DNA of 60,950 nucleotides, the filler included, from Platydemus manokwari (lineage: Eukaryota), in assembly GCA_037951405.1 (NCBI GenBank). It is 5 parts of 5 records of this genome, joined end to end, with 100 filler letters (N's around TTAATTAATTAA, not from the genome) between each part and the next. Parts side by side here need not be neighbours in the genome. Positions count along the whole stretch, not along the records: positions 49,865 to 60,950 come from JBBMOY010918864.1; 4 more parts are not named here. One strand, written 5' to 3'. Positions 49,865-60,950 of this stretch are shown here, piece after piece. Position 1 is the stretch's first letter, and each line of letters opens with the position of its first letter. Position numbers and translations under genes: made by a program. The notes under the pieces were generated by a model that was not told the DNA's origin, did not search any database, and saw nothing but the letters and a program-made list of their open reading frames with translations.

Positions 49865-52800
49865 TTTTTAATTTTTTAAAAATTTTTAATATTACTTTAT
49901 ATATACTACTGATTAAATAAAAGACCAGATATACTTTTTAATAACTTATATTAGCTATATTATTGACTACAATTTATTACAATATTCCTATAATTTTCTT
50001 TTGTTGTTGAGAGGTTCGATTGATTTGGTTTTGATAATTTATTTAACTATAAAATTGATTTTTTTTGCCGAAGAATTAGAATTGATTGTCAGATTGGTAA
50101 TTAACTTGTAATCATATTTCTTTGGTTATATTTAATGAGAAAATAAATCAATAAAACATACTGCTTTCATAATTTTATTAAAAACCGTTAATGATTTTTA
50201 AAATGATTTCAGTAGTGTGCTGAAAATATTTCTAATGAGTTTCATTTTGCCAATATATAATATAGGAAAGAATTCTAAACAATTGACAATGCTTATATTA
50301 ATCGTTCGATTATTTCACTATTCTAAATTGCTCTTTGGTCATTTTAGTCGATTTGAATAACATAAGACCGATCGGCTGGATTATAGTAATGATTTAATTA
50401 ATAATTCTAAGATAGATTAACTATGTTAAGATTTAAAAATCATTTCATATTTACATTATCATTTTAAACAGAAAATAAATCAATATTAAAAATATAAACG
50501 ATCAATTATATTTGTTTGAATATTTTAATTGAATGTACTTTTTGTGAACTAGTTAATTTTGATATAACTTGAATTAAAAAAAGGAATCTTTCATCTACTA
50601 AAAGTAATAATGAATTTTCGCCATGAGATAATTTTATGGCATAATTTTATATATAATTGCCATGTTTAATTTATTCGTAAAATTCAGTTAATATTTCACT
50701 TATAGGATGTCTAATAGGGATAAAGCATAGTTTTAGAACCAAATTCCTATTCTAATCACAACACTTCTATATGATTATTTGAGTTATTAAATTTAAATTT
50801 TTATAATTATAAATCGATTTAGTTAATTACAGACATGTTTAATAATATCATTGCTTATTTTTGTAAAATAAAGTTTAAAAATTGAGAGCATCTCTCAGCT
50901 TGTTTCTAATGTTAAAAAGGGGTTCTGGCTAATTTTCAATAAATTGCAATTCGACCTATTTTGATCTCTTTTTCAAATAATCATATTTTAAGAGACTTTG
51001 AAAGTCTAGTCCATTTGATATTTGATTTCAAACAACTAAAATTCTTCTTAAGTACTTAAATAAAAAAATCCGAGAAGTTTTTAAAAAATATAATTAAATA
51101 AGCCATATAGAATTTTGCAATACACTCTATAAATTATTTAAAGACCCCTTTTCTAATCTTTAACCATTAAATGAATTACTGATAGTATTTTATGAGCATT
51201 ATTATAATCCAACATTAATTTAGTTGATATGCTTTTCAGTGAAATGGTTTATTTAATAAGATAATTTATTGTGACTTTATTTGATGGCACAAAACAATTG
51301 TGTTATGCCTACTAAACATTTATAATAACTAACAAAATTTATCATTCTCTAATGAGTCAAAGTCAAATAGTTAAGCATGACTATTCTCAAATTGGTCAAT
51401 TCAATGTCAAGTACACCTTCTAAAAATAGATGAGACGTTTTATGGTTTCTAGAAAGTGTGTGATCATATGTATCGTAAAAGACATTGTCATTTCAGTGTT
51501 GACAAGTTATTTGCAGCCATATTTTAATAATTGGTAGATGAGTTGAATAATAGTGTTTTTTTATATCCGAAAATTAAATTACATCGATAATTTTGAATGG
51601 ATTTCGTATCCACATGCTAGAGTTTCTTAAGTTTTTTTTAACTCAAAGGAAGAACATTAATATTAGTATTTAAGATTTTGAACACAGTTTTATTCGACTT
51701 CCTCGTCCAGAATAAATATCTATTTATAAAATTTGATAGTTTATTATTAATTTTTCGATAATTCACTGTGATCAGGCAACCGTACCTTCACTTGATGATC
51801 ATATCCTTCATTGTTTACTACGGATTTGTCTGTTTTGAAAGACTGAGATGTATTATGTTTAAAAAATATATCCTTAATTTATTATTTTTATCCTTGAGTT
51901 AAAGCAATTCGAATAATGACTCCCAATTTTTTGAGAGTCAATATAACCGGTTTTCTTTTAAAAAAAGAATTTTTATTGATAAATCACAAAACAATCTCAT
52001 ATTTATAAAATACAAGTTCTCTCAAAATCAAACTTTATTGATCTATTTTGTTGAAAGTCGTTTTTTGTAAATTTTTTTCCTCTCCACTATAATGGGATGT
52101 AATCATGATATATTTTTAAACAACTTATATACCTAATTTGCTAACCAATACGTATCAGTTCTTCGGATAGAATTATATCTTTTTATTATATTATTTTATG
52201 GATTGTGAATATATCGATTATTTTGATAAATATATACAAAGTAGCATTTTTTTAAAATGCCTGATTATGATCCGCTAACATTTTTAAAATTCTGTCATGC
52301 CACTTGAAAATTTTTAAACTTTGCCATCATTCGATCAATTCATACGAATGATTTTTTATTCTTAAGGCATTTACCAACGATATTGTTGTGCGAAATTTAA
52401 ATTGAACCAAATTTTTTAAGATTTAATTTTATATAAAATCGCATTTTATATAAAACTATATTATTTTTTAAAAATAATTGTATTTAATACATCGTTTGGT
52501 ATCGTGATTTTTCTGTTCGTTTTTAATGTGTGGTTTTTAAAAACAGTAGCGCCTTATAACTATAAATCACTAATATAGGCTCCAAATCAAGTATTTTTCT
52601 CAATCATATAAGCTGTGCCATTTGCATTTATCTATAATTAAAAACAAATGATATATTTGTTTAAATTTCTGAAAAATTGAACTATTTATTTCGAGCTCTT
52701 AGTGTACAGATAATTTTACGAAACAAGGCAACCGAAAATTACATAGAATTTAGAAAATTCAAATGGCCACGTTTAGAAACATCGCCATTAATTTATTGAA

Positions 52801-53429
52801 GGATATTCTAGATAATTCAATTTGAAGTTGACCATTAAAATGTGTTTTGAATAAAATATAAACAAAATATTAAGTGTTAGAATAATAAATGATTATTATA
52901 ATTTTCCATGATTATATTTTAAGTGGTATTTCATCGTCATTACTTGACATTATAAATGAGTATTGATAATAAATATAATTTTATAATAAATTAAAAATTT
53001 TCGATTTATTAACGGAGTAAATGTAGCATCAATCATTATTGCGTTCATCCGTTCACGTGATATGAGTCGCGGGTGTGTCCGCATTGTTTGACTACCATTG
53101 ACCTTGAAAGATTTGTCTCAGAAAAACAGTATTAATTAATATATACATTGATGTTAAATATTGGTAATTTGGGAGTTATATCGGATAAATATTGATTACT
53201 ATTATACTATTATACACAACAGCACCATTCACAGATCTATCACATATTCAATATTTCTAAAGAAGTAAATATTTATAATCATATTTTGTTATTTGGTATG
53301 TCTATTAATTGGATTATTGTTTCTCAGTCATTTTTATTAGCGATTCCCTTTCGAAAATATTTTATTTTTGCTCTCCATTTCAATAAATTCAAAATAGTAC
53401 ATTTTCACGAACAAGCTATTTTAAGTATA

Positions 53430-53560
53430 TTTCTTCACGTGAACCACAGCTTTTAATTCCGCTGTAAGACTATTTCTGTCATCTCTGTTTTATTTAACAA
53501 GCTTCAGTGCAGACCATTGTTGGATTGTAGGCTTCTTGTTTTGAAAAGTTCTTTATTCGT
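53430..53560 (-). mobile_element. hAT dimerisation-domain relic
   Basis: Reads LKLVK*NRDDRNSLTAELKAVVHVKK, resembling the hAT C-terminal ..KTxxRNSL...L.A++.+K. Confidence 0.3.
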
Positions 53561-53800
53561 TGTTAATGTTTGAAAACTAGAGCTTAAAGGTTTGTGTAAA
53601 GGTTGTCAGTACAAGAAGCATTTCCTCTACTAATAATTTGATTTCATTTATTAATTCAAATCAAAGTTCACGTTTATTATCAATATCTATATTAAAATTA
53701 CATTTCCTTTTGGCTCTAGACATCGTGTATACATCTCTGTCTAAAATTCTTTCAATGAGTAAATCAATCAGCATACCAATTTCTATTGATTATTTTAAAG

Positions 53801-54353
53801 GCTGTAGCCGGTCATGGGTTAACGTCGAGGAAGGATTTTTTCACGGTATACGATATACATTCTAGTAATTAGTATATTACTTTAAAAAGATTCTATCAGT
53901 AGTACGATTCTAACAACTTGAGATACACTTATTCATTTAATATGAAATCGTGTTTAAAGATCTTGTTATAAATGTAAGACATGGAAATAAACTTGTCCTC
54001 GATTGAAGGATTTCATTAAAACTGAATTTTCCACAAATTTGGCCTTATATGGAAAGGGCATTTATAGTTCTTTGACGCCTTCATTGAAAATATTTTCATC
54101 TTTTTTTGATATCAATGCATTGTGCTTGATTTTTTATTAATTTTTCTGTCATTCAGACGAATGTTCATCAAATCAATCATCAAACAACAATGTTCAAGTT
54201 CCCAGTATCATTCCCGAAACTCTTGAAAGTTATAAGGAGAATGAAGCAATAGTGGATTGTATGGAAAAGAAAAGAGATTCAAAAAATGGAGTGTTTCCTC
54301 TAATGTTTACAAAACGAAGAGAACATAACATGTTGGCCCCGATTTCATTTTAA
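53801..54353 (+). CDS. Two candidate 3' exons of an unidentified gene
   Basis: 53801-53845 (AG/GT, 45 nt) and 54157-54353 (after TTTTTCTGTCATTCAG) splice in phase 1 to give CSRSWVNVEEGFFHDECSSNQ...REHNMLAPISF*. No recognisable family; upstream exons not found. Confidence 0.35.
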
Positions 54354-55829
54354 ATTTCTGAACTATTATTTAAGATTTTCTTTTTATAAATGATTTATTA
54401 TCGTGTTTTTTCTCTCAAAATAGACTGTCTGATGATCTCGAATCAATTAACATCAATATCGTTGTAGAATCATTTATTTTTGTTAACGAAAACACCACTT
54501 GATCTGATAAAAATCCTTTTCAGTTTCTACACGTGTATCATGAAAACAATAAGTCGATATTGTTGTTATTATTGTTTAGATTTTGAAATTTCCAGAAACA
54601 GTTTACTATGATATTTTATATGGCCCTCTTATTTTTTACTTTTGAAGTTATTATAAATAATGTTACCGAATATTTTTAGATAATTTTAATTGTGGAATAC
54701 ATAATCAATAATAAAACCTGAAAAATAAATCATATAAGAAGAAAAATAATATCGAAATCATTGTTGTCTAAGATTAGATCACATATTAAAGGCTACTGAA
54801 TATGCCACATATGTACGATTTTTTAAGTATTTTATTAGTTATTATATATATTGCACTGGATCAAACATTATTATTATTTATTGTAATTATGCACACACAA
54901 ACACACATATACAAAGCGCATTTTAAATTTATAGACCTTATTTTAGATCTGTTAATCAAAACGAATTAGCGGCATCAATGTTCGAATTTTTACACTTTAC
55001 AACTTCCACAATGAATGAGGAGATTTTCCATTGGAATATTTCAAAATTATTTATTCATTTATAATATATTTGACGACCATCGATTTAAGTGTTATATCGA
55101 TAAATCAAACATATAAATCAATTCAATTTAATAATGAAATTAACTAAAAATATTATTAATAATTTAAGATGGTTATAAATATTTAAAATTCATTGGTTCG
55201 TTGTTTATATCAAAGTGATTTTAATTATTAAATAAAATACTTCACTTCATCCTGTGTTATGATAAACTTCTAATGTTTCACCAAAATGTGATTTGGTTTA
55301 TTCAAATTAAAATAAATCCATTCAAAATATTTGCTTTCAAATTCTATTGTTTTGCGAAAAATTATTTTCATTAAATTAATTCCATTTTGTACAACTTTAT
55401 CGATACAAGAATTATTCTTATTGGATATTGAGGTTTTTAAACCATGTCATAAAAATAGGCCTCAATTTCCATCAATTATAATTTGAATTAAATAAATAAA
55501 TTTATTAAATTTCTTGTATTTTTATTGAATTTTTTTAATTTTCATTATGAGAGAAAAATAATTGGTTTTGGCTAGATTTCTTCGTGTTGATTTCTGATTC
55601 TGTGAGGACTTCAGTAACAAGTATTGAAGATTATACTACTGGAATTTACCTAAAGGATTTTTAGTTTATTTTCAAGTGCGACTAAGTGTAAATAGGAGTG
55701 AATATTATTTTGTTATTCGATTGTGAGAGCTAAACACAATTTAGTTAATAATCAAAGCTAGTAACTCGGCTTAAAATATTATTTAACCGAAATTATTGTA
55801 GATGTATTATTTAATGTTTAATTACAACA

Positions 55830-55972
55830 ATTAATTATGAGTTAATTAATTATTTAATTATGATTTAAGTAATTATTTAATTAATTCTTTAATTATGATT
55901 TCATTGTGATTTAATTATTTATTTATTTTATGATTTAATTATGATTTAATTATGATTTAATTATGATTTAAA
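55830..55972. repeat. 11-bp minisatellite (TTATGATTTAA)n, degenerate at the 5' side
   Basis: Four near-perfect copies at ~55928-55971 plus decayed copies upstream. Confidence 0.85.
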
Positions 55973-56869
55973 TAAGGTGTATTTTAGAAATAAAAATAAC
56001 ATTTGAAAGTAATTCACAACACCCGATACAACTCGACAGGGGATTACCGGCAATCCAAGCGGGAAAAAAAGATGAAAGGAACAAAATTAATTTATTCAAT
56101 ATACAATTGTAATTATCAATTGTAAAATATTATGAAATTATTAATATAAGCTATTAATTTTATCAATTAAAACAAAATAAAATCATGATCATTTGGTAGT
56201 TTCCGCCCAAATAAGTGTCCAATCCATAATCAATTTCTAATAGTCGAATTCAAAAGTCCAAATATTCCTCTGATCTTCGAAAAAAACAAAACTGAGTTTT
56301 CCGAAAAATGGTGTCTCGAAAAAATTCGCCAGAAAAATTACTTTCTACAGAAGTGGCTTCTTGAAAAGTGATGTTCTTCAACCATGTGGCTTGGTATATA
56401 AAGTCCTATTCTGCTATGTGAATTTTTCTCAAATATTATTTACTTATTGTAGGTACATTTCGGTCTAACTTTGACCTAAGCATCATTCTTGCACTTTTTA
56501 TTACCATTTAAGCCTTTAAACTATTATTTGAATTCTCTTATCTCACATCTTATAATTCTATTACTTAACATTCATTCATTATTATTTTCTCATGGTCTAA
56601 CTATAAATAATTCCATTATTTAATATTTATATTTTCTATCATCTTCTTGTTACTTTATTATAATGTGTTTCTTCTATCGCTTGCGTCATTATTACTTTTA
56701 ACATCATTTTGGTTTACATTTCAAAAACAAATATCGAAAGATAAAACACTCAGTAATCAATGGACATTATCATTCATAGGACATTGAAAAAGTACATAAA
56801 AATAAAATTTTTCATTGTTTCTCCAAATAGCTAAGCATTAAAACACAAAAATCAATTTAAAATCAATTT

Positions 56870-57245
56870 TCGTCATCCATGGTTTGTTTGGTTTGTAGTT
56901 TGGCTTTGAGCAGGAGTTGGAATTAATAACGGGTTTGTTTTTCATAAATATATACCGGTTTTTGCAGCAGAATAGAAAGATTAGCGAATTGAGAATGGGT
57001 TTATTTATAAATTAGATGATTTCGATTTTTGGATGAGAATTGAGATGAAAATGAGTTGACATAAAAAATTACAGATGTTTTCAAGAAGTTTTCCAGCTGT
57101 TTCGTGGTCAAACAGAGAAAAAGATATCAAAACTATAAATTTCATAGATATATTTAAATTTCTTAGTTAATGATAAAAACTGGTCAATTTCGAATCGGTT
57201 AAAGAGCGGTCAAGTCAAAGTGCATCTTGGATTCACATTAGTCAA
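56870..57245 (-). mobile_element. Possible LINE (CR1/L2-like) ORF2 relic
   Basis: Minus strand ends ..KPNYKPNKPWMTK, like the KPW[I/M]T linker between endonuclease and RT. The coding strand is C/A-rich and interrupted. Confidence 0.3.
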
Positions 57246-59169
57246 AAAGTAAAATAAATATGATCATTGTCACAATATGTACAAAATTCAAATACAAGGA
57301 GTAAGTATAAGTTCCATTAATTGTTTGAAAATGGTTTATTTAAACAAAAAAATTTGACCGTATTTGAGAGAAGAAGATTTTAAATGCCATATAAAAGGTG
57401 TTGATAAAACTGACGGTGTTTCTTTTTCAAATGTGTGTCGTACCTATATCGCAATTATCTATAAACCATATTTATATTTTTATTTTGATAAAATAACGAA
57501 AAAACTTTAACAAGTGAGAAACACTATGGATTATATTTGCCAGTTCAATTGTAAAAGTAATTATTTCCTTTCTCTTTAATATGCAATTGTCATTTTGTTA
57601 TTTCTTAATTTTTTAATGCATTTTATTGAAGAGATTGAAAAACAAGGCGAATCCCTTATTTATTTGAAAAGGATGAATAAATGACTGGAAAAAGTAAAAT
57701 GTTAAAGGATCGAATAGTTTTCTGTTAACAATAAAATGTTGGTCAAATTTTCTGCCAAATGAGTTTGTTAGACTTAATAATATTGATAGGAAGGTATTTT
57801 AAGTAGTAATTAATATGTTTAACGTCAACTATTTAAAGTCATATTAGATCCTATTGGCCCAAAACTCGATCTAATATAAAAATTACATATAAATTATAAA
57901 CTTTTGAAAAATTTGATTAATAAATCATAAACTATGAATTTTTATCAATCATTTAAATATTATATTTATTTGAGCATTCATATATTGTTAAATGATTATT
58001 TTATTTTTTCCATTTATTTGAAAAACAAAAATAAATTTGATTTTTATATGTTTAATTAATTTATTCTGTTAATTATAATTAATATTTTAGATTTTTTAAA
58101 CTATTTTTGTCCTTTTAATTGTTGTTTATTTATTTTTATTCGCTGCATGGAAAACAGAATCGGTGGGGCCTGCAGCGGGAAAAAGTACACAAAATGGAAT
58201 TGATTGTTCAATCGACAAAATATATAGAAAGAAGTGTAGATAAAACTAAGATTTTGAATAAATTAAGAAAAGTTCGAACGGGTTTACCCCGCGATAATAT
58301 TTTACTCAAAAATAAAAATTTTACTTGAGAGAGTGATTAACAATGTTGCACGATCTGCAATAAAATGGTTGAGTGAAGTCAAAATCCTGAAAAAGAAAAA
58401 CGATTTCGTACCTTGAAACACTTGTTTTAGCAATTTAAGCATTGACACACCTACATAATCATACAAGCGTGACAACCAACGAATCACAGATGACTTAAAC
58501 AGAAAAATCATAATTTTACGAGAAACATAACTACACGAGGAGACACGCATAGGGATTGACTAATCCCCACATCTTATGATTAACGGATCCAATGAATATA
58601 CAATAAATAAAACAATCAATTAAAAGTGAAACACACAAAACACGAATATAAAAACTGAGACCGAGATGGTCAAATACCATTGTATTGGAGGTCAGCAGAG
58701 TGAGCTGTCAAAGTGTTAGATGTTATTTTGCGTTTATGTTGAACATTTTATTAGATTGTTTGGAGGTAAATTTGTATTATTGTGATCAATAAATCGTTTA
58801 CAATTGTTTATCATTTATATCCAACATTTATTTTATTTCTTTATTGTTTTTAACACTCTTGGACAATATATGAGTCTTATTTCAGGAGGTCTATCACAGG
58901 TAATCACAAAACCTAATATTATACTGTCCCTTCACTTCAATCAACTATATTTCACGTATCAAGACAGAACGAGTGGTTTTAGATAATTCTTAATTAAAGA
59001 TTTATTATAGATTTATTTATGAAATAATACATCGATGCTTGGAGATCGACCAGTTAAGAGACTTAACGAGATTCAGGTTGGTCCAATCAAAAGGTATAAA
59101 CCTGGAAATTAAGAAGTACACTAATCTCAGACTACCCGATATAAGGAAAAAAACATCACTATAAAAAGA

Positions 59170-59950
59170 ACAGACATGTCGACCCGCTTCTTAAAGGTTG
59201 GATTGGTTAAATTTGCCGAATCTGAGTTGTTGAAAGTAAGTTTCATCGGCTCTGTTTTTTGCCTGGCGGCTCCGAACTGATATTTCCAAATTTTTCAGGA
59301 ATTCTTGTAAAAATACTCTGATCTGCCCACGGGCCTGAGTACGGTATTTCTCATAGATCATCATTCGAGGCACTGAGGCAGACTGACCTGAGTCATCAAA
59401 GCGAGTTTTGAATTGGAACTCTCGTGGCATCTGATTAGTGTGTAATAAGAATCCCTTTTGAGCGAATAAATGGAATAAGTTCATCAGCTCTACATCAATA
59501 TCTTCTGGTTTGCTGGGGCTTGAAGGCAGTGATGATCTGAACAATTATCAATCCCTGATTTCCCTTGATTCTCAGAACTAACAATGTCAGATTCTTCAGG
59601 AATTCTTATAACTGTACTCTGTTTTTCCCAAGACGCTCGAGTTCAGTTTTTCAAACAGATCACCATCTAAGGCCCTAAGGCAGGCTGATCCCGAACCTTC
59701 CTGTACCGGTAGTTCACAAGCTTATCAGTTCTGTCCCCCGACAAGATCGAAAAATCTTGATTATTAAAACCAGTATTCAGGTTCAGGAGATAATTCACCC
59801 AGCACGAAAGTTTAATGATCACAGGACCACTTGATGGTTAGGTGAAAGCACTAGGCAGAAGATTACATTCACTGACCGAATCTTGGGTTTATCCAGATGC
59901 TCGGACAAGAAATGACAGCTACCACCCATCAGAGCTCTAATTGTATATAG
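59170..59950 (-). mobile_element. Decayed gag-like retroelement sequence in two diverged tandem copies
   Basis: Higher-GC island containing the 117-aa ORF 59544-59191. Segment ~59290-59395 aligns with ~59591-59697. The gag assignment rests only on weak similarity (QVSLPQCLE..IYEKYR..LQEFLKNL). Confidence 0.35.
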
Positions 59951-60950
59951 ATCAATGAGCATCACACTTTTATCGAAATTCAGCGAGGAAGAGAATTTAA
60001 TTATCTCTTTGTATGAGAACTTTCTAGTGACGTGACTGAGAACGTTTTTATCCTTGTTACGATTTGTGTAGCAAAATCAACTGTACAAAGTTCCACTAAT
60101 TTGGAACACTAATTTCAGTGATCACCACAGAAACGCATTCTATGGTTTTCCTCACAAGTATCATCATGTCAGTAGTTATAAAAGACCATTGTTTAGAATT
60201 GTTACGTTCGGCTTTATAGATTTATTTGTTTTACTAAGCTTAATCCTATTTGATAACACTACTGTCTTAATCACTCTCTAAGAGTTCTTCATTAAGGCCA
60301 CAGGCGTAATTTACCTTATACTGTTGTTCTTTCACCTCGCTTAGCCTTATTGTATGATGACAATAGGTGTGGCAGCAGCAATATATTTTACTAATACTAA
60401 TTATCAGTCTCAAACTACAAAATCCTATGTTAAACTGTAAACTATGTTGATTACCTCAATTACAAATAATGATTTATGATTCTTATATGAATGAGAACTG
60501 AAATTTGTTGTTACAAATATTTATTAATAAGACACCAATACACAAAACTTGTTTAAACAATAAAATAAAATTACAAATAGGTTTGGAACTACAATATACA
60601 TCAAATTACACTAACAAGAATATCCTACAACTTCTAGAATTAAGACGGTTAATAAACTGCACGCTCTTGCAGCAAAAACGGTTACCATCAAGATCTTTGA
60701 GCAACAAACTCTATCATATGAGATACAAGATACAGTATATAATATAGATCAGTAGTTTAACTGCACGGTCTTACTTCGATTCTTCCAGCAAGTGCCGGGC
60801 ATATACTAGGGAATTGATCTTCAGCAACTGATGGTCTTCTTCAGTGCGTTGAATGGGTACTTGAATGATGGATCTTCTCCACTTGATGTAACGTCGTCTA
60901 TGGAATTGTGGCAGCGAAAATAATAGCAGCGTAGTGCTGTCGAAAAACTA

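Noticed and set aside
52715-52825. MATFRNIAINLLK resembles the C-terminus of bacterial ISAs1 transposases
   Set aside because: Only ~13 residues, preceded by an in-frame stop, with no other IS motifs; likely coincidence.
53030-53135. In-frame TGA within ..CVHPFT*YESRVCPHC.. (selenocysteine?)
   Set aside because: No known selenoprotein context, no identifiable SECIS and no consistent exon structure.
59990-60370. piggyBac-like peptides (YNKAKRG, KDKNV) on the minus strand
   Set aside because: Motif order is inconsistent with a piggyBac transposase and the matches are very short.
60760-60795. ACGGTCTTAC resembles the core of flatworm spliced-leader exons
   Set aside because: Lacks the terminal ATG/GT donor and a recognisable SL RNA layout.

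Overview
Very AT-rich eukaryotic (animal) draft genomic DNA with short GT-AG introns (often 40-66 nt). The style fits a flatworm such as a planarian, but the species cannot be fixed from sequence alone. Four 100-nt N gaps, each with an artificial TTAATTAATTAA linker, split the window into five contigs. By hand-splicing I find: (1) the last exon of an unknown + strand gene, converging on an intronless 202-aa basic ORF; (2) the last two exons of PRADC1 (-), absent from the ORF track; (3) an 8-exon TRIP4/ASC-1 gene (+, ~409 aa) that appears to lack the usual N-terminal region and has a mariner relic in intron 5; (4) an intronless 1905-aa low-complexity protein ending in ZNF474-like C2HC fingers (-); (5) a 24-exon, ~1480-aa secreted, very Lys/Arg- and Cys-rich protein (-): signal peptide, 3 Cys modules, VWD-C8-TIL, 2 ShK domains, then ~20 more exon-encoded Cys modules. 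Gene 5 is the most striking, a candidate cationic adhesive or mucus protein. The remainder is dominated by decayed transposons (hAT with TIRs and TSD, mariner, piggyBac, Gypsy-like, LINE-like) and simple repeats.
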